IMG/VR virus record: IMGVR_UViG_2724679172_000017
Length of the DNA stretch: 4,628 nucleotides
Direction: 5' to 3' (one strand)
DNA from: a virus
Taxonomy: Duplodnaviria > Heunggongvirae > Uroviricota > Caudoviricetes
Under the pieces are notes generated by a model that made no database searches, had not been told where the DNA came from, and worked only from the letters and a program-made list of their open reading frames with translations. Numbering within the stretch: position 1 is the stretch's first letter; each line of letters opens with the position of its first letter. The position numbers and the translations under genes were made by a program. Shown here one piece after another: positions 1-4,628 of this stretch.

Positions 1-813
<813 letters not shown>

Positions 814-857
814 TCAATATCAAACCGGGCCATGATTATTATTTTTACATCCGCAGT

Positions 858-1967
858 GTGAACACCGTTGGCAAATCGGCATTTGTGGAGGCTGTTGGCC
901 AGCCGAGTGATGATGCATCCGGCTATCTGGATTTTTTCAAAGGCGAGATAGGGAAAAGCCATCTGGCTCAGGAGCTGTGGACGCAGATTGATAACGGTCA
1001 GCTTGCGCCTGACCTGGCTGAAATCAGGACGTCCATTACGGATGTCAGCAATGAAATCACGCAGACCGTCAATAAGAAACTGGAAGACCAGAGTGCGGCA
1101 ATTCAGCAGATACAGAAGGTTCAGGTTGATACAAATAATAACCTGAACAGCATGTGGGCTGTGAAGCTGCAGCAGATGCAGGACGGACGCCTTTATATCG
1201 CGGGTATTGGTGCCGGTATTGAGAACACCCCTGACGGCATGCAGAGTCAGGTGCTGCTGGCGGCGGACAGGATTGCGATGATTAATCCTGCGAATGGCAA
1301 TACAAAGCCGATGTTTGTTGGGCAGGGCGATCAGATATTCATGAACGAAGTGTTCCTGAAATATCTGACGGCTCCCACCATTACCAGCGGTGGCAATCCC
1401 CCAACGTTTTCACTGACACCTGATGGTCGACTTTCTGCGAGAAATGCGGATATCAGCGGTAACGTGAATGCGAACTCCGGGACGCTCAATAATGTCACGA
1501 TTAACCAGAACTGTCGGATTCTGGGAAAACTGTCAGCTAACCAGATTGAAGGTGATATTGTCAAAACGGTGGGAAAAGCCTTTCCGAGAAATGGCAGTTA
1601 TGCCAGCGGTACAATAACGGTCACTGTGTACGATGACCAGGCTTTTGACCGTCAGATAGTCGTCCCCCCCGTTCTGTTTCGCGGTGGTAAGCATGAAAAC
1701 TTCAACAGCAACAACCAACAGTCATACTGGTATTCAACCTGTAAGCTGCAGGTGCTGAAGAACGGACAGGAAATCTTTCAGCAACCCGCGACGGATGTCA
1801 GCAGGGTATTTTCATCAGTCATTGATATGCCTGCCGGACACGGCCATGTCACCCTGACTTTCAATGTTTCTTCATATGGTGCAAATAACTGGACGCCAAC
1901 GACCAGTATCAGCGACCTTCTTGTTGTCGTGATGAAGAAATCAACAGCCGGCATCAGTATCAGTTGA
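858..1967 (+). CDS. J: J-like host-specificity protein, downstream ORF fragment (C-terminal receptor-binding region). The frame is actually open from 723; 858 is only the first GTG and is unlikely to be a real start
   Basis: ORF track 858..1967. Back-translating frame 3 upstream of 858 gives ...[28 protein letters not shown], continuous with J. No Shine-Dalgarno precedes the GTG at 858, so independent translation is not supported. Confidence 0.5.
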   Translation: MNTVGKSAFVEAVGQPSDDASGYLDFFKGEIGKSHLAQELWTQIDNGQLAPDLAEIRTSITDVSNEITQTVNKKLEDQSAAIQQIQKVQVDTNNNLNSMWAVKLQQMQDGRLYIAGIGAGIENTPDGMQSQVLLAADRIAMINPANGNTKPMFVGQGDQIFMNEVFLKYLTAPTITSGGNPPTFSLTPDGRLSARNADISGNVNANSGTLNNVTINQNCRILGKLSANQIEGDIVKTVGKAFPRNGSYASGTITVTVYDDQAFDRQIVVPPVLFRGGKHENFNSNNQQSYWYSTCKLQVLKNGQEIFQQPATDVSRVFSSVIDMPAGHGHVTLTFNVSSYGANNWTPTTSISDLLVVVMKKSTAGISIS

Positions 1968-1985
1968 ATTTTAAAACCCAAATTC

Positions 1986-2014
1986 GGGCACCAGAAATGG
2001 TGCCTTTTTTATTT
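1986..2014 (+). terminator. Putative Rho-independent terminator / RNA hairpin between J and stf
   Basis: Stem GGCACC (1987-1992), loop AGAAAT, stem GGTGCC (1999-2004), followed by TTTTTTATTT (2005-2014). It lies 20 nt after the J stop. Confidence 0.5.
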
Positions 2015-2025
2015 GTGGAGTGAAT

Positions 2026-4047
2026 ATGGCAGTACAGATTTCAGGTGTGCTGAAAGACGGTGCAGGAAAACCGATACAGAACTGCACCATTCAGCTCAAA
2101 GCAAAACGTAACAGCACCACAGTTGTGGTGAACACGGTGGCCTCAGAAAATCCGGATGAAGCCGGACGTTACAGCATGGATGTTGAGTATGGCCAGTACA
2201 GCGTCGCCCTGCTGGTTGAAGGTTTTCCGCCTTCACATGCCGGGACCATCACCGTGTATGAGGATTCTAAGCCGGGGACATTGAATGATTTTCTGGGCGC
2301 TGCAACAGAAGATGATGTTTGTCCGGAGGCACTGTATCGTTTTGAAAAGATGGTGGAAGAGGCGGCACGCAACGCTGAAGCCGCCTCTCAGAGCGCAGCG
2401 GCAGCAAAGAAATCAGAAACAGCAGCGGCATCGTCCAGGAACGCGGCGAAAACATCAGAGACGAATGCAGGTAACAGCGCGAAAGCGGCAGCTTCTTCAA
2501 AAACAGCCGCACAAAACGCAGCAACAGCGGCAGAACGTTCAGAGACAAATGCCCGTGCGTCAGAAGAAGCCTCCGCAGACAGTGAAGAGGCTTCCCGCCG
2601 TAATGCAGAGTCAGCCGCTGAAAATGCCGGAGTCGCCACCACAAAAGCGCGGGAGGCCGCAGCAGACGCAACAAAGGCCGGGCAGAAAAAGGATGAGGCT
2701 CTGTCGGCAGCGACACGAGCTGAAAAGGCGGCAGACCGCGCAGAAGCCGCAGCGGAAGTGACTGCAGAGCCCTGTGCGAATATAGTGCCGCCGCTGCCTG
2801 ATGTGTGGATACCGTTTAACGATTCACTGGATATGATTACGGGTTTTTCGCCATCTTATAAAAAGATAGTTATTGGTGACGATGAAATAACAATGCCAGG
2901 CGACAAGATTGTTAAGTTTAAACGTGCTTCAACAGCAACGTATATTAATAAGTCCGGCCAACTCAAGCTTGCTGAAGTTGACGAACCGCGATTTGAGCGC
3001 GATGGCTTATTGATTGAAGGACAGAGGACAAATTATCTGAGGAACTCAAATAAACCAGACTCATGGACTGTTCATTCCGCACTGAATAAAACATTTGGCA
3101 CTGATAAACAGGGGTTCAATTATGCCACGGTGACACCCACGGAAAGTATAGTGGGAACAACAGGTGGCTATACTGTGCATGGTGTGGTTGCAGCAGACAG
3201 ATTCCCGCTGGCAAGTGGTGAATGTTTCACTTTTTCGTGCCGGGTTAAAGGCGCTAAAGCACGATGCAGGTTAAGAGTTTCAGTTATTATTGGTGGAACA
3301 GATACCTTCTCTGCTGACTCTTATCTTGATCTGGATACCCGGATCGCAACAGTAAGCGGTAATACATCCCTTATAACAGCCAAAGCTGAACAACAGGGCG
3401 AGTGGACCTACTATGAGGCCACTTATACAGCTAATACGGACATTGATACCGTTAACTGTGCTTTTTATATGACAAATAAAATAAGTAATGAGCCATTCTA
3501 TGATGACTCAACATTAACCATGACGACGCCGCAAATTGAACTGGGCAATACGGCATCGTCATTTATTGTAACTACAATGCCAACAACACGCGCAAGTGAT
3601 GTAGTTACTATCCCATCGCAGAATAACCTGTCAACACGGCCTTTTACGGTATTGTGCGAAGTAAGCAGGAACTGGAGTACACCGCCCAATGTTGCGCCAA
3701 GGATATTTGATGTTGGAGGGCACAGTATTGATGATAATTATTTATCGCTGGGGTTTGTTGCAACAGGAAAGATAAGCGCCAACGTAGGAATGGTTCAGCC
3801 ACAAATTGCCTCAGATGGAGAAAGGTTCATTGTGGGTGTGAGAGCTAAATCTGATTTATCAGTAAATGCAATATGCAATGGTAATTATACAACAAACCTT
3901 AATGGTAAAATATTTGGAGTTACAGCAACATCGTACCGGTTTGGTGGGCAGACCGCAGCAGGAACGCGTCATTTGTTTGGACACATCAGAAATTTCAGAG
4001 TCTGGTTTAAAGAATTAAATGACAGGCAAATCAAGGAGGCAGTATGA
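2026..4047 (+). CDS. stf: Side tail fibre protein (lambda Stf-like N-terminus; alanine-rich repeat shaft; divergent low-GC C-terminal receptor-binding domain with a LamG/ConA-like jelly-roll signature)
   Basis: The N-terminus MAVQISGVLKDGAGKPIQNCTIQLKAKRNSTTVVVNTVASENPDEAGRYSMDVEYGQYSVALLVEGFPPSHAGTITVYEDSKPGTLNDFL is near-identical to my recollection of lambda Stf (MAVKISGVLKDGTGKPVQNCTIQLKAKRNSTTVVVNTV...). The ATG at 2026 is preferred over the ORF-track GTG at 2020 because GGAG (2017-2020) sits 5 nt upstream and lambda Stf starts MAV. The C-terminus ...GTRHLFGHIRNFRVWFKELNDRQIKEAV resembles the terminal strand pattern of LamG-like domains. Stop TGA at 4045-4047. Confidence 0.85.
   Translation: MAVQISGVLKDGAGKPIQNCTIQLKAKRNSTTVVVNTVASENPDEAGRYSMDVEYGQYSVALLVEGFPPSHAGTITVYEDSKPGTLNDFLGAATEDDVCPEALYRFEKMVEEAARNAEAASQSAAAAKKSETAAASSRNAAKTSETNAGNSAKAAASSKTAAQNAATAAERSETNARASEEASADSEEASRRNAESAAENAGVATTKAREAAADATKAGQKKDEALSAATRAEKAADRAEAAAEVTAEPCANIVPPLPDVWIPFNDSLDMITGFSPSYKKIVIGDDEITMPGDKIVKFKRASTATYINKSGQLKLAEVDEPRFERDGLLIEGQRTNYLRNSNKPDSWTVHSALNKTFGTDKQGFNYATVTPTESIVGTTGGYTVHGVVAADRFPLASGECFTFSCRVKGAKARCRLRVSVIIGGTDTFSADSYLDLDTRIATVSGNTSLITAKAEQQGEWTYYEATYTANTDIDTVNCAFYMTNKISNEPFYDDSTLTMTTPQIELGNTASSFIVTTMPTTRASDVVTIPSQNNLSTRPFTVLCEVSRNWSTPPNVAPRIFDVGGHSIDDNYLSLGFVATGKISANVGMVQPQIASDGERFIVGVRAKSDLSVNAICNGNYTTNLNGKIFGVTATSYRFGGQTAAGTRHLFGHIRNFRVWFKELNDRQIKEAV
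2362..2760 (+). repeat. Alanine-rich low-complexity imperfect repeats in the stf shaft region (AAK(K/T)SET.A / ERSETNA motifs)
   Basis: Protein motifs KKSETAAASS, AKTSETNAGNS and ERSETNARAS recur. At DNA level tcagagacGaatgc (~2454) and tcagagacAaatgc (~2539) repeat. The region is open in several frames on both strands, typical of GC-rich GCN-codon repeats. Confidence 0.6.
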
Positions 4048-4322
4048 AAGATTTAACTTTGAAATTTCCTGGTAACAGAGAGTTTAAATCCTTCCTGTCA
4101 TCTCTTGACTGGGAGGAGGATGAAGACCTCCAGAATAAACTGTTAGTCGATGAAATTGGTTTCACCTACACAGAAACAGGGGTAACAGAAGAGGGAGAAC
4201 CTGTCTGTGTCCGGAATGACGGTTATTTTGTCAACATTCGCATTCTTGATGACTTGTTTGATGTTTCTGTATTCTCTGATTATGTCGTGGAGCTGGAAAC
4301 ACCGCTTCGGGAATGGAGCTGA
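4044..4322 (+). CDS. Hypothetical small acidic protein (92 aa), translationally coupled to stf; possible tail-fibre chaperone or accessory protein, function unknown
   Basis: Its ATG (4044-4046) overlaps the stf TGA (4045-4047) as ATGA. A strong SD AGGAGG (4034-4039) lies 4 nt upstream. GC is low (~41% by my count), like the stf C-terminal domain. By my count it has ~22 Asp/Glu against ~8 Lys/Arg. I recognise no family. Confidence 0.6.
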   Translation: MKDLTLKFPGNREFKSFLSSLDWEEDEDLQNKLLVDEIGFTYTETGVTEEGEPVCVRNDGYFVNIRILDDLFDVSVFSDYVVELETPLREWS

Positions 4323-4334
4323 AAGGAGGAAATA

Positions 4335-4628
4335 ATGGATATAAGCCCCTTACTTCATGCACTTTGTGCTGTGGCTGCGCAGATACTGGTTGGTCTTTTT
4401 ACCGGAAACTGGGCTTACGGAGCGATAGCCGGTTGTACGTTCTTCATTGCGCGTGAACATACCCAGGCAGAATATCGCTGGATTGAAATGTTCGGGCATG
4501 GCAAGCGAATGAATATGCCGTGGTGGGGCGGTTTTGATCCGCGAGCTTGGGATGTGGCAAGCCTGATGGATTTTGCTGTGCCGGTGGTGGCGTGTCTGCT
4601 GGTCTGGCTGTTGGTTAATCGTGGGTGA
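4335..4628 (+). CDS. Hypothetical small membrane protein (97 aa, 2-3 predicted transmembrane helices); moron-like gene downstream of the tail-fibre module
   Basis: SD AGGAGG (4324-4329) lies 5 nt before the ATG at 4335. Hydrophobic segments are LLHALCAVAAQILVGLFTG, AYGAIAGCTFFIA and ASLMDFAVPVVACLLVWLLV, around a polar core carrying a WWGGFDPRAWD motif. GC is ~52%, higher than the preceding gene. There is no lipobox or classical signal peptide. Stop TGA at 4626-4628. Confidence 0.6.
   Translation: MDISPLLHALCAVAAQILVGLFTGNWAYGAIAGCTFFIAREHTQAEYRWIEMFGHGKRMNMPWWGGFDPRAWDVASLMDFAVPVVACLLVWLLVNRG

Noticed and set aside
858-860. GTG 858 as a genuine re-initiation start producing an independent J C-terminal protein
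   Set aside because: There is no Shine-Dalgarno-like sequence upstream, and the frame is continuous with J back to 723. It is better explained as the frameshifted continuation of J.
1964-1992. Possible sigma70 promoter using TTGAAT (1964-1969) as a -35 element
   Set aside because: No acceptable -10 hexamer lies at 16-19 bp spacing, since that region is the GC-rich hairpin stem. Tail genes of lambdoid phages are normally transcribed from the distant late promoter.
2020-2025. GTG at 2020 as the stf start (ORF-track MNM... N-terminus)
   Set aside because: The ATG at 2026 has GGAG at the right spacing and gives an N-terminus MAVQISG... matching lambda Stf. The GTG would overlap the SD itself.
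2285-2761. Plus-strand 158-aa Arg/Gln-rich ORF in an alternative frame
   Set aside because: It is an out-of-frame reading of the stf Ala-rich repeat (GCN GCA codons read as Q/R codons). No RBS is present and it is entirely embedded in stf.
2169-3689. Minus-strand ORFs 2169..2372, 2267..2716, 2388..2642 and 3498..3689 inside stf
   Set aside because: They are antisense to stf. Those over 2267-2716 fall in the Ala-rich repeat tract, where GCN-rich sequence is stop-free in many frames.
2770-4047. Diversity-generating retroelement target or invertible (Gin/Pin-type) tail-fibre segment
   Set aside because: No template/variable repeat pair, reverse transcriptase, invertase gene or inverted crossover sites are visible within the window. 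The idea cannot be supported from this sequence alone.

Overview
This window reads as the distal tail-fibre module of a lambda-like (lambdoid) phage or prophage from an enterobacterial host, all on the + strand. Identifications rest on recall of lambda J and Stf protein sequences; no database search was possible. (1) Positions 1-1967 hold the 3' ~2 kb of a J-type host-specificity (central tail fibre / tip attachment) gene, but it is split into two reading frames by a 41-bp tandem duplication at ~732-813, so as written it is a frameshifted pseudogene (or a sequencing/assembly artefact). (2) After a 58-bp spacer with a hairpin plus T-run, a side-tail-fibre gene (stf-like, 2026-4047) follows. It is mosaic: a lambda-Stf-like N-terminus, an alanine-rich repetitive shaft, and a low-GC C-terminal domain of different origin that ends in a LamG/ConA-like jelly-roll signature. 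(3) A 92-codon, highly acidic ORF (4044-4322) overlaps the stf stop by ATGA and shares its low GC; it may be a chaperone or accessory protein of the swapped receptor-binding cassette. (4) A 97-codon predicted membrane protein (4335-4628) with a strong RBS follows at higher GC, looking like a separate moron-type insertion. The most interesting candidates for something undescribed are the two small downstream genes and the frameshifting duplication in J; evidence for any defence or exclusion function is inferential only.
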